The notes: generated from the letters alone by a model not told the origin. Positions 49,777-58,776 are shown, counted from the first letter of the stretch. The stretch: 64,000 nt of DNA from an uncultured virus (IMG/VR IMGVR_UViG_3300032053_018320) (IMGVR_UViG_3300032053_018320), one strand, 5' to 3'. Numbers and translations are program-made.

Positions 49777-50019
49777 TCAATAGTCGTGTTTTTCAATTGC
49801 TGCTATCCATCGTTTGAGTGTTTCTTTGTCGATTTCGCTAAACCTAACTATGATAGTATCATCAATGTTTATAAAGAACACTTCATTAGCGATATTCATT
49901 TCAACGTCTGTAACACCATCTCTTAAGTGTAATTCAAGAGATGGCGTCAATTCATCAGATTCTCGTGCCCAGATATGATTATGCATAAACATATCATACT
50001 CATCTGGACTCATTTTCAC
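49777..50019 (-). CDS. hypothetical protein
   Basis: packed ORF. Confidence 0.5.
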   Translation of the reverse strand: MKMSPDEYDMFMHNHIWARESDELTPSLELHLRDGVTDVEMNIANEVFFINIDDTIIVRFSEIDKETLKRWIAAIEKHDY

Positions 50020-50085
50020 GAGAAGTTTAACGAAACGATCGACGATTTCTCGTTTAGATATATCACATTCGTTCGTAATAAGTTA

Positions 50086-50442
50086 TCACATTTTATACAG
50101 TAAGTGTTTTTGATATACTCCAGAACCTTCACGGTGAAATTTTGGATGTCCTTCTTTCGCTGAGCATTTCGAGCATTGATATTGCGGTGGTGTCTCGACC
50201 TGCTCACATCGTTGCATCTGCTTGAAGGCTGCTTCACCCATCTCTTGTTTGTATTTTTCATCGATCTCGGCAAAGATGCGAGCCTTTGTTTCTGCCTTCT
50301 GTTTTTGAATATCTGGATCGTGCATATAGCAGGTTCGACAACATTTATACATTTTATTATACGCGTCAGCAGGCATTTTCTTGCAACAGCGTGGACAAAG
50401 GGTTGGAGTTAAGTCTTCAGTTAGTGGGAGTTCGGGAGTCAT
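50086..50442 (-). CDS. Cys-rich hypothetical protein
   Basis: CPRC..CCRTC, CSKC. Confidence 0.5.
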   Translation of the reverse strand: MTPELPLTEDLTPTLCPRCCKKMPADAYNKMYKCCRTCYMHDPDIQKQKAETKARIFAEIDEKYKQEMGEAAFKQMQRCEQVETPPQYQCSKCSAKEGHPKFHREGSGVYQKHLLYKM

Positions 50443-50449
50443 TTTTCAT

Positions 50450-50824
50450 TCACTTTCGTTTGATGATCGGAATTCCTGTTTTCAATATCTCCGCGAGCAC
50501 ACGAATGAATACATCGAGTGTATGAATATTCATGGGTCTATACGACTGCCATTGCATATCATATTCTTGCACGTCAGCGTTAACACCGTCAACAGTTATT
50601 ATGCCACCAGACTGGAAACTCGTGTTAATTGCAAGCGGAATGATGAAATTGGCAACGATGTCATGACCATTAACAACACCATTGATATTGATGATATATT
50701 TTGTATCGATATCATTAGGCACGATTTCACGTTCCATCGTGAGATCATACTTACTAACGAGACGATCGATTTCATCAAATCCTCGCATCGATCCAACTTT
50801 GCAACCGTGTAATGATCCAGACAT
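50450..50824 (-). CDS. hypothetical protein
   Basis: packed ORF. Confidence 0.55.
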   Translation of the reverse strand: MSGSLHGCKVGSMRGFDEIDRLVSKYDLTMEREIVPNDIDTKYIININGVVNGHDIVANFIIPLAINTSFQSGGIITVDGVNADVQEYDMQWQSYRPMNIHTLDVFIRVLAEILKTGIPIIKRK

Positions 50825-50827
50825 TTT

Positions 50828-51166
50828 TCATTCACTTTCATTTGATCGCTTCGCTAACCATTTGAACAAGAGATTAGCCAATAACAAAGTAACGATGAAC
50901 GATATCACTGGTATGACCACCCAAAATATCGCTGTAGCAACTGACGATGACGCGATTGCAATCGGCACTGTTATAACACCAGCAGCAACGAGTATTAAAT
51001 CGTCGAGTGGACTCGCGATGAATGCTGCGACCGCAGCGACAACGACAGTCAGAGCACGTCGGCGAAAACAAACAGTGTCATCGATTTTACATTTCTTTCG
51101 TGTTTTCATGACGTTTTTACACGATGATGTCTTGCATTTCTCATTCGTTTTAGCAATGGAAGTCAT
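50828..51166 (-). CDS. membrane protein with basic Cys-rich N-terminus
   Basis: SPLDD motif within long hydrophobic segments. Confidence 0.6.
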   Translation of the reverse strand: MTSIAKTNEKCKTSSCKNVMKTRKKCKIDDTVCFRRRALTVVVAAVAAFIASPLDDLILVAAGVITVPIAIASSSVATAIFWVVIPVISFIVTLLLANLLFKWLAKRSNESE

Positions 51167-51643
51167 GAAGTTGCACATCAGTTACAATACTGTCTGGATG
51201 GAATGATGGATCACGGACTTAAAAAGACTTTCACTCAAAAAAAAGAAAAGGGTTATTATCACCAAAACCCTATACACACACGCGGAGATTTTCAAGGAAA
51301 ACAAATCTCACGACATATCATCAAGGAAACGAATTTAAAGGTTTCTGTTAGCACCATGAACAATTTGCTATCTGTTTATTGGTAACTGGCAAGTCCCGAT
51401 AAAAAAGAGATACACGCAACTCTTTATTTTCATCGTCAGCCATTCGTTGTAATTGTTCATACTGTTGAAGTGCATCGCAGACATCATTGGTCGTGAATGT
51501 AATTTTCTCGTTACAGTAGATGACAAAATCCTTCTCGATCATGCAATCACCAATAAAAAAAATATTGAAAGGTTAATCGAACAATTCATTGACATCGACT
51601 AATGATGGATGTATTTAAGGATTTCTGGCATAGTCATTCAAAG

Positions 51644-51733
51644 TAGGCAGTCGATTCGATGTCGATCCAACACACCAACGAATAGTCTTGCTCATTAACT
51701 GCCTATGTTTTGCCTATGTTTTGTTAATAGGCA
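51644..51733. repeat. intergenic direct and inverted repeats with a TGCCTA core
   Basis: TAGGCAGT 51644, tandem TGCCTATGTTT at 51700 and 51711, ATAGGCA 51727. Confidence 0.65.
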
Positions 51734-51741
51734 CCAGCAAT

Positions 51742-51990
51742 TCATCCAATAGTGTTAATAGATTCATCATATAGTCGTTTCTTTTCACTTTTCGGCTTTT
51801 TCTTGAACGCTTGCTCGAGCGCATACCCTTGTTTTCTCGTGTTTGCCGTTGCAACCACTTTCATCGGCTTTATTTTCTTGCCGTGAAGGAATCCTCGTTG
51901 CGTATGCTCGATCTGGCGACGCGTCGGACAGTTCGTCCGTCCGACATAATACGACCATCCCTTCTTGGTCTTATACGGAATGATATACAC
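51742..51990 (-). CDS. small GIY-YIG nuclease
   Basis: YI...YYVGRT..P.RR..EH...ALE..K. Confidence 0.75.
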   Translation of the reverse strand: MYIIPYKTKKGWSYYVGRTNCPTRRQIEHTQRGFLHGKKIKPMKVVATANTRKQGYALEQAFKKKPKSEKKRLYDESINTIG

Positions 51991-52013
51991 AAAGTCAGTC
52001 AGTAGTCGTTCAC

Positions 52014-52988
52014 CTACAACCGGTTCATCGATATAACTTGATTGACTGGCTTTCGTCGTGCATCCAAGAATGTTGCTGTGTCAAGAAACTGTTTAAGATG
52101 AAACGCAACGTTGAACGATACTAATGGCGGAAAGGCATTACCTATCTGTCGTCCTATACTGCCAAAATCGCCTTTCCATTTATAAAATGGCGGAAATCCT
52201 TGTAGTCGTGAGTATTCATCTATGTTCAACTTTCGATCGTATGTTGAATGAAAGATACCCATTGAATGTCCGATATCGGTTGTCAGCGTTCCACAAATCC
52301 CATTCGGGTCGATACGATACTTATTACGAGCATATTTCTTGTTGAACGGGATGTTGGGTCGTTTTTCGTTGACAAGCCATTGAAGCGTTTGATCGGAGAT
52401 ACCGTATTCCGTGTAATCGTCGATGCCATCAAGCCAATACCATGATGGCGTTAATCGCTGATTCGTTAGTGGGATATATTTGAAATTTTCAGCAAGATCG
52501 AGACGAGTGCCGATGAATAATACACGATGACGCTGCTGAGATACGCCATATTGTTCACACTTAACGGTCACCGTATAGACATCATATCCAAGTGCTGATA
52601 GTTCAGCGAGAATACGAAATTTGATCGATCCGTTATCTTTATCGAGAATGTTAGCAACGTTTTCAAGGACAAATACTGACGGTTTTACACCAGCGATAAA
52701 TCTCGGTATCTGAAAGAATAGTTGTCCGCGTTCATCATCGAAACCCTTGCCGTAACCACAAATACTAAATGATGGACACGGGAATCCGCCGACAAGAACG
52801 TCGGCTTTTCGGTCTGGTGGTTGAATGTCGTGGATGTCGCCTTCAGTGATGTCGCCAACATTTGCTCGATATGTTTCACAAGCATCGTGATCGATGTCAT
52901 TTGCGAAAAGAATGTCGTATCCAAGCATCTTGAAGGATATGTCGAATCCACCAGCGCCAGAGAATAATGATACAACGGTGAAAACCAT
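52014..52988 (-). CDS. C5-cytosine DNA methyltransferase
   Basis: LFSGAGG, GFPCPSFS, ENV, QQRHR, RLQGFP, QIGNA. Confidence 0.93.
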   Translation of the reverse strand: MVFTVVSLFSGAGGFDISFKMLGYDILFANDIDHDACETYRANVGDITEGDIHDIQPPDRKADVLVGGFPCPSFSICGYGKGFDDERGQLFFQIPRFIAGVKPSVFVLENVANILDKDNGSIKFRILAELSALGYDVYTVTVKCEQYGVSQQRHRVLFIGTRLDLAENFKYIPLTNQRLTPSWYWLDGIDDYTEYGISDQTLQWLVNEKRPNIPFNKKYARNKYRIDPNGICGTLTTDIGHSMGIFHSTYDRKLNIDEYSRLQGFPPFYKWKGDFGSIGRQIGNAFPPLVSFNVAFHLKQFLDTATFLDARRKPVNQVISMNRL

Positions 52989-52997
52989 GATCCACCA

Positions 52998-53144
52998 TCA
53001 AGGTTGGTAACCAAACGGTATGGTCGCTGGCTCAAATTTTGGTTTATGTTCTGGATCGTCAAGACAGGTATTACACGGTTCTTGTTGGTTAGTTTTAAAA
53101 ATAAACTCACACATACCGCATTTAACGACTGAAGTTTCACACAT
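52998..53144 (-). CDS. 48-aa Cys-rich protein (below the ORF-track cutoff)
   Basis: manual translation MCETSVVKCGMCEF...EPCNTC... Confidence 0.55.
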   Translation of the reverse strand: MCETSVVKCGMCEFIFKTNQQEPCNTCLDDPEHKPKFEPATIPFGYQP

Positions 53145-53150
53145 TTTTTA

Positions 53151-53393
53151 TCATATATCCATTTGTTGGTCACGAATATCTGGATGATCTTGTTTCAATT
53201 CGTTCGATGAACGGGCACTTCGTTGTTGCATTTCCTTGAATTGCTCTGGTGTCATATCCAATGTATCAGCGTTATCGATCGTTATCTTGATGTTTGGCTT
53301 AAACATCTGCTCGATTGGTGATGGTTTTTTGTCCAATATCTTTATTTCCTTGTAATCGGATGTCCAGTAACCACATAGGTTCATGATATTCAC
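53151..53393 (-). CDS. hypothetical protein
   Basis: packed ORF with an AAGGAG RBS. Confidence 0.5.
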   Translation of the reverse strand: MNIMNLCGYWTSDYKEIKILDKKPSPIEQMFKPNIKITIDNADTLDMTPEQFKEMQQRSARSSNELKQDHPDIRDQQMDI

Positions 53394-53396
53394 TCC

Positions 53397-53756
53397 TTAT
53401 GTTGAATCGATGACATCTGAAAATCCAAATAATGTTCTCGCCAATGTTTTGGCTTGTTGTGATGATAATTCGATGGATACTGGCGTTTCAGCATCCTTCA
53501 TCCACACGATGACCGAGACATTTTTAACCCGTATCGTGTTACTGATGACGACGGCTAATTGATTTCCGCTACTATCGGCGTAAGAACTTGTTACAAAAAC
53601 TTCTTGAAGTTGATTAAATGACAACGGAGATTCAAACGACGGCACATCATCACCAGATAAACGGCGTTTGAGAGCATCGATGATGTCGATCAAGGACTTA
53701 TTTTCGTGTCGTAAGTTTCTATTTTCCATCGATAGTGATTCAACAGTATCTGTCAT
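53397..53756 (-). CDS. hypothetical protein
   Basis: coiled-coil N-terminus. Confidence 0.55.
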   Translation of the reverse strand: MTDTVESLSMENRNLRHENKSLIDIIDALKRRLSGDDVPSFESPLSFNQLQEVFVTSSYADSSGNQLAVVISNTIRVKNVSVIVWMKDAETPVSIELSSQQAKTLARTLFGFSDVIDST

Positions 53757-53768
53757 CGAACCATCTCG

Positions 53769-54263
53769 TTATATTTCTCTCCTACCAATCGGCGGGTTAC
53801 TTGGATGCCATCCTACACGACGAGATCGTGACTCTGAGCCGTGATCGGTGTCGACAGATGAGTTCTGTTCGCCTTGATCTGCCACATCACTGGATTCAAG
53901 TGATTCATCGTTAGTCGGTTCAACTTCAGCAACATCGTTCTGTGTTTTCATGGTTCGTTTAACAAACTTCGGACGAATCACTTTAGCAATATATATCGTC
54001 ACGATCGTTGAAACTCCGACGATGATCACGATGATGATGCTCATGACGATCCATGATTTCGCTATCGAGACTGCAAGCACCATGACGAGCATACAGATAC
54101 CAAAAATCATACCATAAATAAGCCAATTAACTCGATGTTCGTAAATCTCGTCAATTCTGTTGTAATCGATATGCCTATCAAATGATGGATTGACACTCGT
54201 ATCTGGTATTGGACCGAGATGATGTTTATGTCCCTTTGTCGTCATCATGAAAACACCGTTCAA
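53769..54263 (-). CDS. two-TM membrane protein
   Basis: two hydrophobic helices and an acidic tail. Confidence 0.6.
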   Translation of the reverse strand: MNGVFMMTTKGHKHHLGPIPDTSVNPSFDRHIDYNRIDEIYEHRVNWLIYGMIFGICMLVMVLAVSIAKSWIVMSIIIVIIVGVSTIVTIYIAKVIRPKFVKRTMKTQNDVAEVEPTNDESLESSDVADQGEQNSSVDTDHGSESRSRRVGWHPSNPPIGRREI

Positions 54264-54385
54264 TATTTAAATATTATTACTCACGACTTTTAAATGTTTC
54301 GTTTTGGAAATACAAACAAAAAATTAAAATAGTTTGAAAAATGATGTTGGGTCATGGAATCATTATATTGTGTCGTGAATTGCTA

Positions 54386-54628
54386 ATGACCACTACATCA
54401 AGAGCCAAACTATGTGGTAAGGAACTCTTGTGTTATGAAGAGTTGCAGTTTCTTGAACAATCACTCGAACGATTACCCGATCTCGATGAAAAACGAAAAC
54501 TACATAAACAAATTGATGTAGCAAAACGATTGCTCCGTGGTGGCGACGGTAAAGCAACCGATCAACTCATTTTAACGATCAAGCATCAAATAGCCGAGAC
54601 CTACGATCGCTGTAAGATAGTCAAATAA
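54386..54628 (+). CDS. small helical protein directly upstream of the tRNAs
   Basis: ATG at 54386; Cys near both ends. Confidence 0.5.
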   Translation: MTTTSRAKLCGKELLCYEELQFLEQSLERLPDLDEKRKLHKQIDVAKRLLRGGDGKATDQLILTIKHQIAETYDRCKIVK

Positions 54629-54636
54629 GCATTGAT

Positions 54637-54722
54637 GCTCTTGTCGCCGAGTGGTCTAAGGCGCCGTGCTTATCAATTTGAGTAAAACGCGGATACCGTG
54701 GGTTCGACTCCCACCAAGAGCA
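54637..54722 (+). tRNA. intron-containing tRNA, most likely tRNA-Ile(UAU); intron 54674..54685
   Basis: GCTCTTG/CAAGAGC acceptor stem, A73, GG D-loop, CCGTG/CGCGG anticodon stem, GTTCGA T-loop; 19-nt anticodon loop folds as a BHB/BHL motif. Confidence 0.8.
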
Positions 54723-54728
54723 TTTCAA

Positions 54729-54800
54729 ACTCCCGTGGCCAAGCAGTAAGGCACCGTCATGATAAGGCGGGTATCGCAGGTTCAAGTCCTGCCGGGAGTA
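54729..54800 (+). tRNA. tRNA-Ile(GAU)
   Basis: ACTCCCG/CGGGAGT acceptor stem, CCGTC-ATGATAA-GGCGG anticodon arm, GCAGG-TTCAAGT-CCTGC T arm, A73, no encoded CCA. Confidence 0.85.
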
Positions 54801-54902
54801 TTCAATATTCCCTTTCAAACGAAATCTTATTGATCACGGATGTTTTCATCGATTTTTATTCGATCAGAAACTTTTAATATATCGAGATCGGTATTTTTAA
54901 AT

Positions 54903-55247
54903 ATGTCAGACTGTAAAGTGAAACGTGTAAACGAAATCACCCTTCGTGAAATCAATAAAAAATACCTAAACTCATTGCCAGATGAAGATATCGTCAAGTT
55001 ATTTGCTAATATGGAATATACTTATTTGATCATGCAAGACGATCACGATCTCGATCCAGACTTTCTCCACGATGTTCAAGGTGATCAATACACAACGGGC
55101 AGTGATGTGCCTGGTGAGATACTCACGTATGTGTTCTTGACAAAGGGATTTGGTGTTTCGAGAGCCGAAGCCATCAGTGTCATCCTTCGAGCAAGAAATC
55201 AAGAAATAAAGGATAATCCGATGAACGCTGACAAAAAAGCAATCTGA
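54903..55247 (+). CDS. hypothetical protein
   Basis: starts MSDCK below a TTTTAATA box near 54871. Confidence 0.6.
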   Translation: MSDCKVKRVNEITLREINKKYLNSLPDEDIVKLFANMEYTYLIMQDDHDLDPDFLHDVQGDQYTTGSDVPGEILTYVFLTKGFGVSRAEAISVILRARNQEIKDNPMNADKKAI

Positions 55248-55312
55248 TTTTACCGAACCACCAAGAGCAATCCTATCATATAAAAGAGTATTTTTCAACG
55301 ATGTTAAAAAAA

Positions 55313-56080
55313 TTAGATGTAAGTTTCAAATCTCGTTTCATTTTCTAGTGGATTCTCTACATCATAAAGAGCAACCTTGGCAATGGCTTTATTTTTCATA
55401 TCTTTTCTCTTGTTTTTAAGTGCAAAAGTCTCTGCAAGAGCAAATGCCAATCCTACGGTGAATCCGATAACATATAGATTTGAAACGATTCCAAAGGTGA
55501 CGAAACATAGTCCTAACAGTGGCAACAATAGCACTGATACACCGTAATCAACGGTGATATGCAACCATATCGTCGATTCATAATTTTCGATGATCCTATC
55601 ACAAACTGGACATTTCTGATCCCTTTGGATGAATCCGCTAAATCCACAATCGCATTTAATCTTGTGAATCTCCAAACTGCGTTTGCGTTCCTTGATTTCA
55701 TCTATCTCTGGAAAATTGACCCCGTAAGATTCTCCATTTTCTACTGAATGATCGACTTCATATTGAACAAATGTTTCGAACGCTCTTTTCATTTTCATCA
55801 TCATCACGATCTTACACACTATAAAAGAAAATACACAAATGACAACATCGATCAGTCCATAGAAAAGCCCGGATGTTGCAGTTAGTATGAAGAACATCAA
55901 TGGTGACACGATTAGTAAGAGAACTATCACGATATCGATCTTTTTCGTGTATACACCAACGTAGATGGGTTTATCCATAAGTTCGATCTTTTTGTTGCAT
56001 TCAAGGCATTTTCTATTCTTCTTGACGATACCGTTGAATCCACAGTTACATTTAACTTTATACACATCCATAAAAATCAC
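55313..56080 (-). CDS. membrane protein with a tandem duplication of (Zn ribbon + 2 TM)
   Basis: KCNCGFNG..KCLEC and KCDCGFSG..KCPVC, each followed by two TM helices. Confidence 0.7.
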   Translation of the reverse strand: MIFMDVYKVKCNCGFNGIVKKNRKCLECNKKIELMDKPIYVGVYTKKIDIVIVLLLIVSPLMFFILTATSGLFYGLIDVVICVFSFIVCKIVMMMKMKRAFETFVQYEVDHSVENGESYGVNFPEIDEIKERKRSLEIHKIKCDCGFSGFIQRDQKCPVCDRIIENYESTIWLHITVDYGVSVLLLPLLGLCFVTFGIVSNLYVIGFTVGLAFALAETFALKNKRKDMKNKAIAKVALYDVENPLENETRFETYI

Positions 56081-56181
56081 TTCAAAAACAAGGACAGATA
56101 TCCTTACGCGATTATTTAAATATTTGGTAAAAATTAATTTTAATGTTTTTCTTGAGTGGCGAAAGATATTTAAGGAAAAAA

Positions 56182-56535
56182 TTAGGGCAGATCACCGAGT
56201 AAAAACCATGGCTTGCCTTGCTCTTCAAATATTCGTTTCTCTTCATTGCATCCCCGTGAATTTTCCCAGTTAGGACAAAGAATGAGAATATCACATCGAC
56301 TCATCAACATTGAGTCGAAACACATCCAAAAGTCCCATTGTTTACCGTTAATCAACTTGATCGGATAACAATGTGTGATGGGTGAATAGACTGTGTAACC
56401 ACGGTCAAACAAATTAGCTGCGATGTTTGTTACATCTTCATAATTTATCCGCTCTCCACCAATCTCGTCGGATGAAAACGGATGGGCTAGGTAACATAGT
56501 TTGCCATTAAAGAATTCTTTATCGATGGTTTCCAT
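56182..56535 (-). CDS. nucleoside 2-deoxyribosyltransferase-like (DUF1937/DUF4406-type) protein
   Basis: YLAHPFS, YSPITH, D..L..RCD, WENSRGC..E. Confidence 0.75.
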   Translation of the reverse strand: METIDKEFFNGKLCYLAHPFSSDEIGGERINYEDVTNIAANLFDRGYTVYSPITHCYPIKLINGKQWDFWMCFDSMLMSRCDILILCPNWENSRGCNEEKRIFEEQGKPWFLLGDLP

Positions 56536-56622
56536 TAGTAGAGTTCACCTTGTTTACGAAATCTGTTGGTGACTGTCTTCGCCATATTCAAGAGTATTGA
56601 ATGTAACATAAATTTCATCCAC

Positions 56623-57246
56623 CTATGGAAACTGATCGTCGTCATTTTCCGAGATGGTATACGGAGTTCCATCAAATTCCTTCTTGAATTCACGGCACAG
56701 ATTGCTGGAGCATTTCATTCGTCCACTCGAAAAATCCTTGCAGTTTTGACAATGTTCCTTGATCAGCAATTCTTTTAGTTTGATGATCATTCGTTCATTA
56801 TCGTTTGCACGTTTATTTTCCTTGAGAAGACCGTCCTGCCAGTTTTTGCCGTATGCTAACTTGCCATCACCAGAGAACAGATATACTGTTCCCAACCACT
56901 GTCCCCGTGAGTTAGACACATTCTTGAATGCTGACTCACCAGACGTATTCATGATTGATTGTAGTCTTGCACGTGAAATGTCAACGATTTCCATGTACTG
57001 ACTAATTGATATCGATGATCGTTCAAGTTGTGCTTGCAGTTCATCAATTTTCTTGACTGCATCGTTGTGTTCTTCTCGTAACTCAGAACAAACCGGACTA
57101 TTTTGACGATCCCATATCGTGAATGTTCGTTCCGTCGGTTCTTCGACCGTTTCTTCCGTTGTTTCTTCTGTCATATCATTCACTTCGACGTTTACCGTTT
57201 TCGTATAACAACCTTGGTGATATTCACCGAAAAGCAAAATGGACAT
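56623..57246 (-). CDS. coiled-coil hypothetical protein
   Basis: 207-aa ORF; C-terminal CxxC. Confidence 0.5.
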   Translation of the reverse strand: MSILLFGEYHQGCYTKTVNVEVNDMTEETTEETVEEPTERTFTIWDRQNSPVCSELREEHNDAVKKIDELQAQLERSSISISQYMEIVDISRARLQSIMNTSGESAFKNVSNSRGQWLGTVYLFSGDGKLAYGKNWQDGLLKENKRANDNERMIIKLKELLIKEHCQNCKDFSSGRMKCSSNLCREFKKEFDGTPYTISENDDDQFP

Positions 57247-57414
57247 GAATCAACATCGATAATTTTGCCGTTGTTTGGTATAGATGCTTTTCTGCTCTTG
57301 TCGAATTCCTTATCACAATTCATGCAGTGCCATTGTTGTCCTTTACCTGTCATCTTCGATCACACTCGCGGTGAATAATTTTCACCGAAAATCCCGGTTT
57401 CCACGGATTGTTGT

Positions 57415-57903
57415 TTATTCTTTGTCATGACCTTCAACACCTCGTTGCTCACGATTTTTCTTTCGTTCTCCAAGAGAATTTAACGCAGAATCAAGATACT
57501 CAATGGCTGAAGCATTTTCATCGCAAGGAAATTTGCCGTTGAACGACTCGATGATTTCCTTGGCAACAATGATCATGTCGTCGATTTGGCAACCATTAAC
57601 ACCGTGCTCCTTGATCGGACCATCTTGTATTTGGAATGTTATCGTGCTGCCGTTCACGGTAACAAACTCATGATGTATAAACGAAAAATCGTTATACGTT
57701 TTCGTGGAAACTGACGGGTTATCGTTAGATCGTTTGAGTTCGTTTACTGTTGTTTCAATTTCATCCATCCAGTCAACCAATGCTTCAGTTAACTTGATAT
57801 AATCATCTTCGACCTGTTGAACATAACGCGGTGAGTCATCGTGAATTGTCTTTATACATTTCTTGACTGCATCGAGTTTACTTGGATTGATCGACATCAT
57901 CAT
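57415..57903 (-). CDS. Tad1-like (Acb2/Tad1 family) cyclic-nucleotide sponge with N-terminal extension
   Basis: FQIQDGPIKEHGVNG...F..KFPCDENASAI..L..AL..L.ER...R..RGVEG. Confidence 0.7.
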   Translation of the reverse strand: MMMSINPSKLDAVKKCIKTIHDDSPRYVQQVEDDYIKLTEALVDWMDEIETTVNELKRSNDNPSVSTKTYNDFSFIHHEFVTVNGSTITFQIQDGPIKEHGVNGCQIDDMIIVAKEIIESFNGKFPCDENASAIEYLDSALNSLGERKKNREQRGVEGHDKE

Positions 57904-58277
57904 TCGCTTCTGTTTTCGAGATGGATCGTTGCTGTTGTTGTATATTTCATCATATCAACATAATATGTTACATTCAAATCGTCATCTATTTCTGCACCCA
58001 TGAACATTGCTGGTTTAAAACACGATTGAATTTCAGCAATGAAGTTCACCGAATATTTATTTGAGTCGGATGACTTGATGATATATGGTGATCCAACGAT
58101 TTTTGCTATCTTGTCACGAAACTCTGAGCCGGATAATGTCGAACCACCGTAAAAGTGACATTCAGTTTGCACACAACTGATGATTCGTTTATACTTGTTG
58201 TTTTCACTCGTGAGACGAGTTATTTCATCGATTAACCATCGAGTATCCGTCAATTCATCGTCAGCCATTTGTCTCAC
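57900..58277 (-). CDS. hypothetical protein
   Basis: coupled ORF. Confidence 0.5.
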   Translation of the reverse strand: MRQMADDELTDTRWLIDEITRLTSENNKYKRIISCVQTECHFYGGSTLSGSEFRDKIAKIVGSPYIIKSSDSNKYSVNFIAEIQSCFKPAMFMGAEIDDDLNVTYYVDMMKYTTTATIHLENRSE

Positions 58278-58591
58278 TTATCCTTGTCATCTAACCACGT
58301 TTTATGCAATCTATCAACGCCAATATCGTTGCTACACAGCCATTCTATGTCATGAAGCACACGAATGATTGGCGCAAAGACGTTCTCGGTTTCAATCTTC
58401 AACGCTTCCATCTGTGCTCGTTTTTCACGTGCTTTCTCGAACACATCGTTTAACTTAGCGCAGATAGCATCCTTATCGTCGATATCATCTCGTGATTTGA
58501 TATAGGCGATCATTTCATCCAGTGTATCGAGACGAATTAGTTTCTCGTCAGTATCTAGTCCGTAATAGTAGTCAAATGATCCGCCGCTCAT
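58274..58591 (-). CDS. phage-type hypothetical protein
   Basis: MSGGSFDY...HDIEW.CS.D pattern. Confidence 0.6.
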   Translation of the reverse strand: MSGGSFDYYYGLDTDEKLIRLDTLDEMIAYIKSRDDIDDKDAICAKLNDVFEKAREKRAQMEALKIETENVFAPIIRVLHDIEWLCSNDIGVDRLHKTWLDDKDK

Positions 58592-58772
58592 TGTTCGGTT
58601 TCACCAGTTTTCCGTGTCGTTCCCAATAATCCAAGAACTCCTTCGTTGCTGTCTTCTCTATATCGTGTCTGCACGAAAGACACAAACAACCCTTGAACTT
58701 TTTGCCGTGTAACTCCCATTTCAATATCATCGACGACGCTGGTTGTCCGCATCTCGTGCATATCATGATCAT
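58572..58772 (-). CDS. small Zn-finger protein, paralog of 59431..59586
   Basis: CTRCG...W..HG...KG.LC.SC. Confidence 0.65.
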   Translation of the reverse strand: MIMICTRCGQPASSMILKWELHGKKFKGCLCLSCRHDIEKTATKEFLDYWERHGKLVKPNNERRII

Positions 58773-58776
58773 TCCT

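Noticed and set aside
52685..53173. 162-aa ORF overlapping the C5 methyltransferase
   Set aside because: Overlaps the MTase out of frame; a 48-aa Cys-rich ORF at 52998..53144 fits the gap better
54637..54722. Suppressor tRNA or stop-codon recoding
   Set aside because: No splice register giving a 7-nt loop with U33 yields a UUA, CUA or UCA anticodon, and conserved genes are intact under the standard code
54621..54818. 65-aa minus-strand ORF
   Set aside because: It is the antisense shadow of the two tRNA genes
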